Assembly (NCBI GenBank): GCA_002269645.1
Contig: NIVC01002006.1
Coordinates: 124,001-188,000 of the forward strand
DNA length: 64,000 nt
Direction: 5' to 3'
Origin: Macrostomum lignano
Taxonomy: Eukaryota
Shown: positions 11,300 through 23,897 of the stretch, piece by piece
Layout of the letters: each line of letters opens with the position of its first letter
How positions within the stretch are numbered: the stretch's first letter is position 1
Notes under the pieces: generated by a model
Told to the model about the DNA's origin: nothing
Database searches by the model: none
The model's input: only the letters and a program-made list of their open reading frames with translations
Position numbers and translations under genes: made by a program

Positions 11300-12068
11300 G
11301 CACAGATCAGATCCTACAACCTTCAGGGCACAGATTGGATCCTACAACCTTCAGGGCACAGATCGGATCCTACAACCTTCAGGGCACAGATTGGATCCTA
11401 CAACCTTCAGGGCACAGATCGGATCCTACAACCTTTAAAGCACAGATCGGATCCTATAATAGCCTTCAGGGCTCAGATCGGATCTTATAATGGCCTTCAG
11501 GGCTCAGATCGGATCCTATAAACTTCAGGGCACAGATCGGATCCTATAATAGCCTTCAGGGCTCAGATCGGATCCTATAAACTTCAGAGCACAGATCGGA
11601 TCCTACAACCTTCAGGGCACAGATCGGATCCTGCAACCTTCAGGGCACAGATCGGATCCTACAACCTTCAGGGCACAGATCGGATCCTACAACCTTCAGG
11701 GCACAGATCGGATCCTGCAACCTTCAGGGCACAGATCGGATCCTACAACCTTCAGGGCACAGATCGGATCCTGCAACCTTCAGGGCACAGATCGGATCCT
11801 ACAAACTTCAGGGCACAGATCGGATCCTACAACCTTCAGGGCACAGATCGGATCCTACAACCTTCAGGGCACAGATCGGATCCTGCAACCTTCAGGGCAC
11901 AGATCGGATCCTACAAACTTCAGGGCACAGATCGGATCCTGCAACCTTCAGGGCACAGATCGGATCCTACAACCTTCAGGGCACAGATCGGATCCTGCAA
12001 CCTTCAGGGCACAGATCGGATCCTACAAACTTCAGGGCACAGATCGGATCCTACAACCTTCAGGGCAC
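11300..12068. repeat. 28-bp minisatellite (CTTCAGGGCACAGATCGGATCCTACAAC), ~27 copies
   Basis: Tandem periodicity between the FHA-only ORF and PNKP. Confidence 0.95.
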
Positions 12069-12390
12069 AAATGGAACCTATGATACAAAAAATATTCACC
12101 CCAAGACTTTGAGAGCAGAGCAGAGATCAAAATCGCCAGGGCCTTTAGTGTGCAAATAAAAGTCCAAAACCTATTACGTATAGAGGTTGCTGAGAAATGA
12201 ATAAAACGTTGACACAATGAATCAAATAGACAAATAAAAACATCACGGCTTTCCTATCAAAAATCAAAAGTATCGAGAACATAAATGCATAAATTTTTCG
12301 ATATAAAAAATACATTTGCGGAAAATCAGATGTTCAAATCATGCTACTTAGTAAGTAGCGCAGTTCAGCGCATGGGCACAAGATGCCATG

Positions 12391-12888
12391 CTATTTCTGT
12401 TGCACGTCCATGCCATATTTGGCGCGCAATACCTGCACATCGGAGCGGAGACTTTTGCGCAGTTCGGCCAGCACCACCCGGTTAGAGATCACTGTGACAA
12501 TGAAGGCGCTGGACTTGCCCAGAACAAAATACTCGCCGTGTTTTAAATAATCGTACTGGCCGCATACCAAAGCGCGCGATCTGGCAATGCAGACGCCTTC
12601 GCCGACGTTGTCTAAAAGTACAAAGCAGCTGCACACTTGGCCTTGAGCAGCTTTGCAACCAACTGTGAAATGCGTCAGGCCAACTTGCACAGTTGAGCAG
12701 GCCATATCCTTCACTTTGGTGACATCGTCGCGGCCAATGAAAACGGTGCACTCGGGCAGGAGCCACAGGATTGTATCGCCAACTTCTTCGGTCAATGGAG
12801 AATAGTGAGATATAATGCAGATGCAGCAGGGTTTCACAGGTTCAATGAGAGCTTTCACTGGATCCTGCTGAGTCCCTTGCAAGTCCAT
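12391..12888 (-). CDS. Stand-alone PNKP/aprataxin-type FHA-domain protein (165 aa, intronless)
   Basis: VFIGR...DMACSTVQ...VGEG...LVCGQYDYLKHGEYFVLG aligns by eye with the adjacent PNKP FHA (VVIGR...DAACSRQQ...VGAG...LTMGESARLANGDALILG). Confidence 0.6.
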   Translation of the reverse strand: MDLQGTQQDPVKALIEPVKPCCICIISHYSPLTEEVGDTILWLLPECTVFIGRDDVTKVKDMACSTVQVGLTHFTVGCKAAQGQVCSCFVLLDNVGEGVCIARSRALVCGQYDYLKHGEYFVLGKSSAFIVTVISNRVVLAELRKSLRSDVQVLRAKYGMDVQQK

Positions 12889-15351
12889 GCTCCACCTGTG
12901 CTCTCCCTGCAGCAGGTATAGTTCGGTTTCTTACATGAAACAGGAGTTCATGCATGAAAATTAATGCAATTGTACCATCACTAACCAGTTTAGCTACGTG
13001 TGAGCCAAATTTTGTTTGAAATTTTCTTCGAGGGGGATTGACCACTAGAAATATTTTCGGGGGTATAGGCTGCCCCTAGGGAGGGATAAAAGAAATATAC
13101 TAGAAAACCAGATTTCAAAAAAATCTTTGCTATTTGGGGAGGGTAATCCCCCTATCTCCGATCCTCAATACTCATGACACATAAATCATGACACGACAAT
13201 AAATAACAAGTATGGCCTATAGTGAAAAATTAAAGATCAATAAAATTTGCTAAATCAAAAAAGCATTTTTAACTTTTAACTGTAACATTTACAGGTAAGG
13301 TCGATGATATATATGTAGGTCTTCAATAAAGTTTAAATTTTAATTCTCTGGTTCTATGTTTAGTCCCTAGTCTATTGTTCTATGTTAGAACTGGGAATTT
13401 TTTTTTTACTGTATTGGTTTGTTAATAATATAGCCACCTATATTTTTTCTAATGTTAAAATGATTTTATCAATATCATGAATAAAGAAAGTTAGACAAAA
13501 TCAAAATATTTAGAACCTGGTAGGATTAGAATAACAACTTTTGTTAGGAATAGAGGATGTTAAGATCTATTTTTTTATCTAATGTGCAAGCATATATATC
13601 TAGAAAAAATAGCTCAACCAATTATCATGGAAACTTGCATAATTAATTTTTGGTACACAGTATGCATTATGTGGCGCATACATTCTTGTTCTGAACCTAG
13701 AAAAGGCTGCCCCATGCCACTATATAGTTGTTTACACAAGCATAATAAATCCCATTTGTCATGAAAGTTTTAGTATTTTTGAAAAATTAAAAATTTTATT
13801 AAAAAAATTATGTTGTATAAAGCTGTTAATATATAATTTAACAATTATTTTGCAAGTATATTGTAATTCTGTAAAGGAAAACAGCTTTATAAAAAATGTT
13901 TGTAATTTTTTTAATTTATATAAATGTTTATGTTTAGGCCCATGCTCAAGTTAGGAGATTCCAGACTTACTATGGGTAAAACCCAGCACTCCAGTGCATT
14001 TTGGCTGATATACTTAGCATACAATTGAAAATATTTTTGGGAAAATTCTAGCATATATATAACATGATCCTGACTACAGGTCTAAGACTAACTTTTAAAA
14101 GTATTGTGGCAATTGTTTTGTTAAAGCTATTCTATTTGTAATAGATTTATTCTTATCAATAGATATAGGGTAAAAAACTAAAAAAATGATATATTATACA
14201 TTGAAATTAGTTAAAAAATTATATTATTAATATTGATTGTATTTGAAACATTTTGTAATATAAAAAACATGTATAATCTATTTACACATGGGCTTTGGCC
14301 AGTTGACCTAGCATAAATTTGAAGTTTATAACATTGTTTTTCCCTTTTGATAGAGGGTCTAGTTGTAGTAGCGGGCTACCACTGACTAGGTTGCATTGTG
14401 CAACTAAGCCCATGTGTAACTGCTTGTGGACCCAGGAGCTCCATGGGCAATTTGCTCATTGGAAAAATGCACTGTGGGCATTGGGCAAATCCCCTACGGG
14501 CCAATCTTGGCAGCAATTCGTCTGTGGGCAATTCTCATGGATCCAATGAAACTCTATACAATTAAAGCAGCACTTGTACTTTACACCGTACCCCAAAGTC
14601 TCAAAGATATTCCCTGCATACCATGAAACTTTTTAACCTTGAATGCCATACACGGAGATTATTTGGAAATCTCATGCGCACTACACACTAGACACCAAGG
14701 GCCTTATCTGCACTGCGTGCCATATCAGAGACCAGCAGAAGTTAAAATTGAAAATTTGCTTGTATTTTTTAGCACTTTGCTTAAGTAAAAGCAGCGAAGC
14801 CTATTTAAACAATTAAAATTCATTATTTTCCATGGATTGGATTACTTTTTAGTCTTTAATTTGCTGTGAAAGAAACAAAAAATTAATTTTGTATTTCAAA
14901 AAATGTTGAAATTAAGTTATTAAAAAAATTAAATTAAGATATTACCAATTCTAAATTTCTACAGTCCAGCCAAATCCAAACCTATGTTTTATTTCCGAAT
15001 CCATTTTGCACACAGCTACATGCCAAAATTTTTATTGCTTATGCGGCTATATACAAAGTCTTATTGCATGCAGTAATATACACAGTAGGTGCCCGTAGTT
15101 CAGATCATATATTAGTATATACCAGGTTTAATGCTGAAAAAAATTATAAGACCTTGTTTGTATGTTAGGTTTGTATGCCAATACAAAAAAAATTGTTATT
15201 TGACACAATGTATCTGCTGTTTTATGTACACTGGGATATAACCTGATATACACTGAAAAATGGTAAGACCCTTGTTGTATGCCAGGATATCCTGGTATAC
15301 ATGTTACCTTCCGAACTATGGTATAATACTAGGGTCAAAAACCCTCATGCA

Positions 15352-15649
15352 CATACATGCGCAACAGTCGGCCGAGTCGGCCGATTCGGCCGACCGATTT
15401 GGCGGCCAACCAAGGAAGTCGCAAAAATACCCACCCAAAAATTTACCCAAGTAGTAGTACTAAGTAGCTGACGAGGCATTTTGGCTTAATAAGACAGTTA
15501 TAGTTACTCCTGCCGTTTACCCAAAGTTGCGTTTATTTTGCTTTAGGGTTTTTTGATGTGTAAGTCGCATTTTTGGCCAAAAACTATGTCGCATTTTTGT
15601 TAAAACTAAGTCGCATGGCCGACCGAATTTTGGAGGTTGCGCATGTATG
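15352..15649. mobile_element. 298-bp MITE (hAT/P-like) with 14-bp TIR CATACATGCGCAAC and perfect 8-bp TSD CTCATGCA
   Basis: TIRs at 15352 and ending 15649; TSD at 15344-15351 and 15650-15657. Confidence 0.85.
15469..15522 (-). pseudogene. Degenerate ~54-nt 28S (LSU) rRNA fragment inside the MITE
   Basis: Reverse complement GGGTAAACGGCAGGAGTAACTATAACTGTCTTATTAAGCCAAAATGCCTCGTCA versus conserved eukaryotic LSU GGGTAAACGGCGGGAGTAACTATGACTCTCTTAAGGTAGCCAAATGCCTCGTCA (recalled). Confidence 0.75.
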
Positions 15650-15911
15650 CTCATGCATACCACAAATTCATGGAGAAAACAGCATCTTTGAGAAAGAGAG
15701 AGGGGACTAGGCCTATATCATGCAAATAACCAGTGTTGGGTACCATTAATGAAAATCTTAACTTCCGTTAATGGCAAGTGTTAGCATTAAATGAAAAAAT
15801 CTTAACTTTTTAACTCTTATTGTTTCAGTAGCATTAGTGAAAGGCTACATGAAAGGTAGTGAAAGCATTAGTGAAAGGCTAAGGCTACATAGCATTAGCA
15901 TTAGGTGCAGC

Positions 15912-16462
15912 AGAAAGTTACAAAAGATTAGCAAAGAAGTGAATCAAAGCAATTGATGCTCAGGGAGATAAGCTTTCCTACAGCTAGCTTTGGATGATCG
16001 TAAACCAAAGGTGATATATATATAAGCTACTAGTGAGCCAATGTACAATCTTTTCAATCTCAAATAAACAAAGTTAGTTGATCAGATCCAACTTCTGCTC
16101 TCTTTTCATTTGAAACTACTATTGGTTTTTATGTCTTAGTTTTGAACACGCCATTTTTGGACTGCAATAAGCAAAATATAAGGTGATCATAAACCAAAAG
16201 TGACAAAATAGATGGTGATTGTAAACCAAAGTGGCAAAATAGATAATGATCATAAACTGAAGTATTGCCATTATAACATTACAAATGTATTCAAATTTAC
16301 TTAAATGCCTAATTAATCTTTTGGTTTATGATGATGATCATGCAGATACAACAACTTTTTACTAATAAACTTTAATAATAAATTAAAATTGTAAACTTTA
16401 TTGCTTATACATGAGCATCAATTGCTTTGATTCACTTCTTTGCTAATCTTTTGTAACTTTCT
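15912..16462. repeat. Perfect 51-bp inverted repeat pair (15912-15962 / 16412-16462); possible MITE or foldback
   Basis: AGAAAGTTACAAAAGATTAGCAAAGAAGTGAATCAAAGCAATTGATGCTCA and its exact reverse complement 450 bp away. Confidence 0.75.
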
Positions 16463-16484
16463 AATGCTTGCAATCAAGCATCCC

Positions 16485-16640
16485 CCAGATAGCAAGCATC
16501 CCCCAGATAGCAAGCATCCCCCAAATAGCAAGCATCCCCCAGATAGCTAGTATCCACCAGATAGGAAGCATCCCCCCTCCCAGATAGCAAGCATCCCCCA
16601 GATAGCAAGCATCCCCAAATAGTAAGCATCCACCAGACAA
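16485..16640. repeat. 18-bp minisatellite (AGATAGCAAGCATCCCCC)
   Basis: Tandem periodicity. Confidence 0.85.
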
Positions 16641-16724
16641 TAAGTAGCTAGTACAACAATTTCCTTAAGCTCTATAGTGGCTCCTTTAAAATTGGCATGA
16701 CGCTTACTTTTACGTTTGAAATTG

Positions 16725-18335
16725 TGTATCTTTTATGTTTGACATGGTGGCTCTTTAATGTTTGACATGGTGGCTCTTTTATGTTCTACATGGTGGCTCT
16801 TTTATGTTTGATTCGGGGTTTTTTTAATGTCTGACATGGTGTCTCTTTAATGTTTGACATAGTGGCTCTTTTATGTTTGACATGGTGGCTCTTTAGTGTT
16901 TGAAATGGTGGCTCTTTAATGTTTGACATGGTGGCTCTTTAATGTTCAACATGATGGCTCTTTATTGTTAGACATGGTGGCTCTTTAATGTTCAACATGG
17001 TGGCTCTTTAATGTTCTACATAGTGGCTTCTTTATTTTCGACATGGTGGCTCTTTAATGTTTGGCATGATGGCTCTTTGATGTTTGACATGGGGTCACGA
17101 ATATACTTGACATGGTGACTTGTTAATGTTAGATATGGTGGCTCTTTAATGTTTGACCTGGTGGCACCTTAATGTCTATAATGATGGCTCTTTAATGTTT
17201 GAAATGGTGGCTCTTTAATATTTGACATTGTGGCTCTTTAATGTTTGACATTGTGGCTCATAAATGTTTGACATGGTGGCTCTATAATGTTCGACATGGT
17301 GGCTCTTTAATGTTTGACATGGTGGCTCTTTAATGTTTGACATTGTGGCTCATAAATGTTTGACATGGTGGCTCTATAATGTTTGACATGGTGGCTTTTT
17401 AATGTTTGACATGGTGGCTCTTTAATGTTTGACATGGTGGCTCTTTTATGTTCGACATGGTGGTTCTTTTATGTTTGACATGGTGGCTTTTTTATGCTTG
17501 ACATGGTCGCTATTTTATGCTTGACGTGGTGGCTTTTTAGTGTTTGACATTGTGGCTCCTTAATGTTCTTCATGGTGGCTCTTTAATGTTTGAAATAGTG
17601 GCTCTTTAATATTTGACATGGTGGCTCTTTAATGTTTGACATGGTGGCTGTTTAATGTTCAAGATGGTGGCTCTATAATGTTAGACATGGTGGCTCTTTA
17701 ATGTTTGCCATGGTGGCTCTTTAATTTTTGACATGGTGGCTCTTTAATATTCGACATGGTGGTCCTTTTATGTTTGACATGGTGGCTCTTTAATGTTTGA
17801 CATGGTGGCTCTTTAATGTTTGGCATGATGGCTCTTTGATGTTTGATATGGAGTCACGAATATACTTGACATAGTGACTTGTTAATGTTAGACAGGGTGG
17901 CCCTTTAATGTTTGACCTGGTGGCACCTTAATGTCTATAATGATGGCTCTTTAGTGTTTGAAATGGTGGCTCTTTAATATTTGACATGGTGGCTCTTTAA
18001 TGTTCAACATGGTGGCTGTTTAATTTTTGACATGGTGGCTCTTAATTGTTTGACATGGTGGCTTTTTAATATTCGACATGGTGCCTCTTTAATGTTTGAC
18101 ATGGTGGTCCTTTAATGTTTGACATGGTGGCTCTTTTATGTTTGACATGATGGCTCTTTAATGTTTGACATGAAGTCACATATATGTTGGACATGGTGGC
18201 TCTTTAATGTTCGACATGATGGCTCTTTAATGTTCAACATGGTGGCTCTTTAATGTTAGACATGGTGGCTCTTTAATGTTTGACATGGTGGCTCTTTAAT
18301 GTTTGACATTGTGGCTCTTTAATGTTTGACATTGT
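16725..18335. repeat. 23-bp minisatellite (ATGTTTGACATGGTGGCTCTTTA), ~70 diverged copies
   Basis: Tandem periodicity with a higher-order duplicated variant block (e.g. GTCACGAATATACTTGACAT at ~17095 and ~17853). Confidence 0.95.
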
Positions 18336-18431
18336 GCTTTTTGTGTTTAGCATTTTATGTTTTTAAGGTTTTTGAATAAAAAGTAATGTTAATGTTAAGG
18401 TTTTTGAATAAAAAAAATCTTTTTGCACTAT

Positions 18432-18492
18432 TAAGATTTGAACCCAGATTGCTGCATTAGCAGTCCAGTCTGTTCGCATCTATGCTATCTCT
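18432..18492 (-). mobile_element. Degenerate tRNA-derived SINE head
   Basis: Minus strand has a B-box-like GGGTTCAAATC and a weak A-box; no complete cloverleaf. Confidence 0.3.
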
Positions 18493-18779
18493 TGTCAATT
18501 GGAGAACATGAATTGTGGCACTTATAATTAAATTTTTATAGCAAATCAATTAGAGTAAAAAGTTATGACATAATCAATTTCTCAGTTAGCCAGTATCAGT
18601 CTCAATTTAAGTTAGCAATATGGTTACACAATTTAAATCAAGTCTTGTGTGCATTTTTTGGGCATTGTTTTTAACTGGTTGTGATGTAATCCTTATCACA
18701 AGTGGAATTCAGTCAGTCAGTTTTTTCTCTAGCATTCCTACAATGCATTTCAGGTCGAAGGAGCTGCTTGACCTTTGCA

Positions 18780-18980
18780 AAAAAGCATGTTTTTCGGATG
18801 TTTAATCCTTTTAATATTGAGCAATTTCTTAGCCAAGATGCATGTACCGTCCCAGGAAAATTTTTGATCAAATGGTGCAAGTTTGAAGAAAAATCGGTTG
18901 AGCCGTTTTTTCTGAAATCTATTGCATAGCTAGATAGATAGATAGATAGATAGATACAGACAACTCATTTTTAGTATATG
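18780..18980. mobile_element. Non-autonomous element end resembling Helentron/DINE-type repeats
   Basis: ...CAAGTTTGAAGAAAAATCGGTTGAGCCGTTTT...(GATA)n GATACAGACA...TTTTAGTATAT; similar in style to 25100-25630. Confidence 0.35.
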
Positions 18981-19495
18981 GGATTATTTTTGAAGAGCTT
19001 TTGACGTTGGTTAATATTTAACTACATGATTACATTAGCCTTGAACTTGGCTATTTTTTGTACGCCAACTGTGTACACTTCATGTTGAACCTGAATAGGC
19101 TATTCTATATGCCAAGATTGTCAGTGAGAGCAAAAATACTCCAGAAAATTCTGGCATAAAGGCCACCTTCTAGACTATGGCTAGCAATATCTAGTCATAC
19201 TTTCATATAAATAATGAGTGCCTAAACAATAAGATTAAGAAGTCACTTAATCTTAGAAGTCAAGAAGTAAGAGGCTATTAAATTAAGAAAATAAATGAAG
19301 TGAGCACTAGTTTAATTAATAGTGTTAGGTGCCCCACTTTTGTCAGCAGTTCCCTGTGCCCTTTGAGCTATTGACTGCCACTGGTCGAAGCTCTCCCTCT
19401 TTCTCTCCCTCTCCCTATCACTTTCTTTCTCCCTCTCCCTTGCCTCTCTCCCTTTCCTTTTACTTGGCCCATTTGTCATTTTGGCTGCCTGCGTT

Positions 19496-20098
19496 CCATA
19501 GTCCGGATCATGCTGGACTTATATTGGAGGAAAAATCCAACATTTTTTGGCACTTATGCCAGACTTACGCCAACCAAAAAAGGTCCCTCTGACTTACGCC
19601 ACCCAAAAAATGTCCCTTACAATTTTTGTAAATAGAATAAAATAGAATAGAATAGATGATTTACAATTAATCGGTGATTAATAAAATTCAGAAGTTGCAA
19701 CTGTTTAAAAATCTCACAAGTTGCAAATTTTGAATCAAGAATCAAAGTAAGCATCTTGAAGCTAAAAAAACTTTTGCTATCCTACAATAGATATTCTGCT
19801 ATCTCATTTATACAAACTGCAATATTTTAATGAACTTTGTTTTAATGCTGTTCTTTAACATCATAATTAGGCCCCCCTAATGCAAATGTGTAATGTTCTA
19901 TAGTGATACATTTGATTGTAAATGATCTCATTTGTGCCAACATTTACGCCACTTGATTTATACCATGTACTTATGCCAAGCACTTATGCCAAGGCACATT
20001 TTGGCCTATACTTACGCCAAGCACTTACGCCAGCCTCCAATCCCAAACCAGATTTACGCCGGAGATCTCCGGTATAAACGACATGATCCGGACTATGG
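19496..20098. mobile_element. 603-bp MITE with 17-bp TIR CCATAGTCCGGATCATG and 8-bp TSD CCTGC(G/A)TT
   Basis: TIRs perfect; TSD has one mismatch; internal subterminal ACTTA(C/T)GCCA repeats. Confidence 0.8.
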
Positions 20099-20892
20099 CC
20101 TGCATTTCCTCCCTTGCCCTCCTTTTTTGGTTCTTCCATCTTCCCAGTGTCTGAGCTTTTTTGCTAAGCCTGCTCTTGGTTTAATGTCTGTCTGGCCTCT
20201 CTTCCCTTTTCTTGTGTGGCTGCGATTGTTCTAGGCTTTAACTTAAACTTAGCCTTTACAAAATTACCATAAAAATATGGTAGCTTTTTTGCTTCTCCGG
20301 CCTAATAGTGACTAGGCCTATAAAAATAAGTTTGACTAGGCAATCTTATAGTTTTGCACATAAAAATTAATAAAATTATTTTCATTGAACATGTTTTATT
20401 TGTTTCTTATTAGACCCTATCTATTTTGTCACAGTCACTTACTAGGGCCTAAGCTTAAAGTTACTTAAAGTTTTTATTTTCAACAAAAATAATTTAATGT
20501 AGGCCTACGAAACTACAGGATAGACATAAGTTTCACTTCGCTTTTATAGGGGCCTACTTATAACTTATACTGACACTGTTACATTGACTAGGCCCCCTAC
20601 TATTGAGTTAAAATGTTTTAATTGAAGCCCCGATAGTGAGCTTAGTTGTCTAATGTGTTGACTGTAAAAATAAACATTTTGCTAGTTATACGGTCACAAA
20701 AACGATAACACAAGCCAAAAAATAGTAAAAATAAAAAACTGCAGGCTGCAGCCTAGTTTACGAAAAGTCTTCTAATTCTAAACTACTCTACTCTAAAGTT
20801 CTTTTCCTTTTGACAAGGTAAAACTTGATTGAAAGCAACCATCAATCACAATATACAATCGAAAAGAAGTCAATTTTTAACATGTTTTATAG

Positions 20893-22695
20893 TCTACAAG
20901 CTGTTGAAACCCGCGGATTTTGAACCCGGGGAATTTCAATCCCTGGAACTATTTTTGCATGTACTTGTATGTCGTATTCTAAAATCTGGGGTCAAACTCA
21001 AACAAAAACTTGTTAATAGTTAGGTTAGAATTAAACATAAAATAGAGTACATTCGTGAAAAATTAGGATTTGAGGCAAACATTTATATTGTTGGCTGGGG
21101 TGCTGTGAACAGGCAAACTCTGGCCTCTGCCTCTCCTTATGTCCCTTGGATCCTTAGAAACTTCGATCTTCTCTTCTGTTTCCTCTCCTCTCTCTCGTCT
21201 CTGTCTCTTCTCTCTCTCCTCTATCCCCTATTCTCTCGTCTATTCCCTCTCCCCTCTATTCTTTTATCCCTCCTCTCCTCCCTCCTCTCTACTCTGTACT
21301 CTCTCCTCTCTCTCCTTCTCAAGGATCTCCTCTCATCTCTTCTCTTCTTTCCTCTCTCCTCTCTCCTCTCTTCTATCGTCTCTTCCCTCACCTCTCTTCT
21401 CTCTCGTCTTTGCTCTCTTATCTATCTCTTCTTTCTCTTCCTTTATCTTTTCTCTCTTCTCTCTTCTCATTCTTTCTGCATGTTCTCTCCTCTCTCTTTC
21501 CCTCTCTCTCTCCTCTCTCTCTCCCTCTCTCTCCTCTCATCTCTCTGCTCTCTCCTGTCCCATCTCTCTTTCTCCTCTAATCTCTCCCCTGTTTCCTCTC
21601 CTCTCTCGTCCTTTCTCCTCTTTCCCCTGTCCTCTCGGTTCTCTCCCCTCCCCTCCTCTCTCCTCACTCACTTCTCTCTCCCTTGTCTCCCCTCTCATCT
21701 CTTATTTCTATCCTTTTTTCTCTCCACTCTCCCATCTCTCGTCTGTTCACTCTCATCTCCCCTCTCTCATCTGCCATCTTTACTCTCTTATACTCGTACA
21801 AGCTGTTGAAACCCGCGGATTTTGAACCCGGGGAATTCCAATCCCCGGAACTACTTTTGCATGTATTCTGAAATCTAAGGCCATACACAAACAAAAACTT
21901 GTTAATAGTTAGTAGGATAGAGGTAGACATAAAATGAAGCACATTCGTGTAAAATTAGGATTTGAGGCAAACATTGATATTGTTGTCTGGGGTACTGCGC
22001 AGAATGTCAGGCAATGTCTGTCTGACTCTAAAACATGTATGGGCAAACTCTGGCCTCTCCCTGCCTCTCCCTACGTCCCTTGGATCCTTTAAAATTTCTA
22101 TCGTCTCTTCTGTTTCCTCTCTTCTCTCTCGTCCCTCGTCTCTCCTCTCTCATCTCTCCCCTCTTCTCTCGTATCTTCCCTCATCTCTCTTCTCTTTCAT
22201 CTCTCTTCTCTTTCATCTCTCTTATCTCATCTCATGTCTCTTCTTTTCTCTCTCCTCTCCTCTCTCCTCTCTACTTTTTCGTTTTCTCTCTCCTCTCCTC
22301 TCTCCTCCCTACTCTTTCGTTTTCTCTCTCCTCTCCTCTCTCCTCTCTTATCTTTTCTCGTATCTTCCCTCATCTCTCTTTTCTTTCATTTCTCTTATCT
22401 CATCTCTTCCCTCTTCTTTTCTCTCTCCTCTCCTCTCTCCTCTCCCCCTCTTCTCTCGTCTCTTCCTTCTCCTCTCTATTCTTTTCTCTCTTCTCTTAAC
22501 TGTCTCCTCTACTCTCTTATCTCTCCTCTCTACTCGTTCCTCTCTCTCTCTCCTCTCATCTCTTCTTTCCTCTCTCCTCTCTCCCCTCTTCTCTCGTCTC
22601 TTCCCTCACCTCTTTTTTCTCTCTCGCCTTTGCTCTTTCATCTTTCCTTTCTTTTCTTTTATCTTTTCTCTCTTATCTCTTCTCATTTCTCTCTG

Positions 22696-22767
<72 letters not shown>

Positions 22768-23810
22768 GTCTTTCTCTCTTATCTCTCCTCCTCTCTCTAC
22801 TCTCTCCCCTCTCCATTCTCCTCTTTCCTCTCCTCTCTCCTCACTCACTTCTCTACATTTGTCTCTCTTCTCTCCTCTCGTCTCCGTAATCTCTTATCTC
22901 TTCTCTGTTCTCTCTACTCTCCCATCTTTCATCTGTTCACTCTCGTCTCTGCTCTCTCATCCCCCTCTTTAATCTGGCATCTCAGTCTTATATGTTCTCT
23001 CACCTCTCTCCTCTGTACTCTTTTCTTTCCCCTCTTTTGACTCCTCACTTTCCTTTCTCCTTACTTTTTTCTCTTCTCTTCCCTTTTCTATACTCTCTCT
23101 CCCTCTCTTCTCTCTCTCGAGTCTCCTCTCTCCTTTATCTCTCATCTCTCATTTCTCATCTCTCCTTCCACCTCTCTCATCTCTACAACCTTGGAGATGT
23201 AGAGATGTATCTTTATCTCTTCTCTCTTCCCCAGTGGTGGGAGTGAGGAGTGCCCATTTTTTTCGCGCCGCAAGCTTTTTTGTGTCAATCTTTTGTGTCA
23301 ACTCTCTGCTCTCCTCTCTGCTGTCTCCTCTCATCTGCAGCTCTCTACTCTCATCTCTACTCTCTCCTCTCGCTTTTCCTCTCTCCCCTCTTCTCCCCCT
23401 CTCTCTCATCGTCCTCACCCCCTCATCTCTCCTATTATCTTTTATATTTTCTTTTATCCCCTCTTTCGCTTCTCCTCTCTTCGAATCGTCTATTCCTTCT
23501 TTCCACTTTCATCTGCCCCTCAGCCATAAGCTGGATTCTTTATCTGGCCACTGACATGGTTGTTCTCATGCTTTGATCACGTCATCTTTCTTGCCAATTC
23601 GCAGCCCTGAAAGGAATTTGTGTATCTTCAGCTCTACTGCAGTTTGCATCAGTCTAACAACCAAGGAAATACGCATTTCTTAGGAGGCCATTTAAATTTT
23701 AAAGTACTTTTAAGAGAAACTTAAAATTTCCATGGTGTGCCTAATTTATTAGGGTTGTATTTCATTGCATCGCATCGCCTTTTCATAAATCTTTTGCTTT
23801 TACAAACCAT
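20893..23810. repeat. Two tandem units of a repeat with a conserved head (ACAAGCTGTTGAAACCCGCGGATTTTGAACCCGGGG) followed by long CT-rich low-complexity tracts
   Basis: Heads at ~20895 and ~21798; CT tracts 21100-21790 and 22040-23520; inverted homolog at 47745-49390. Confidence 0.75.
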
Positions 23811-23897
23811 GCTGGATTCCCTCGATTTGCCAATTGCCATCCACTGTTAAACTGCTGCAGAGTTTGCCAATACAGAGAGGAGGGCAATGGTTAGAAT

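Noticed and set aside
15469-15522. rRNA gene
   Set aside because: Only ~54 nt, degenerate and enclosed by MITE TIRs; not an rDNA unit.
21105-23576. Leu/Ser-rich 'membrane protein' ORFs (also 48000-48980)
   Set aside because: These are translations of CT/GA low-complexity DNA.
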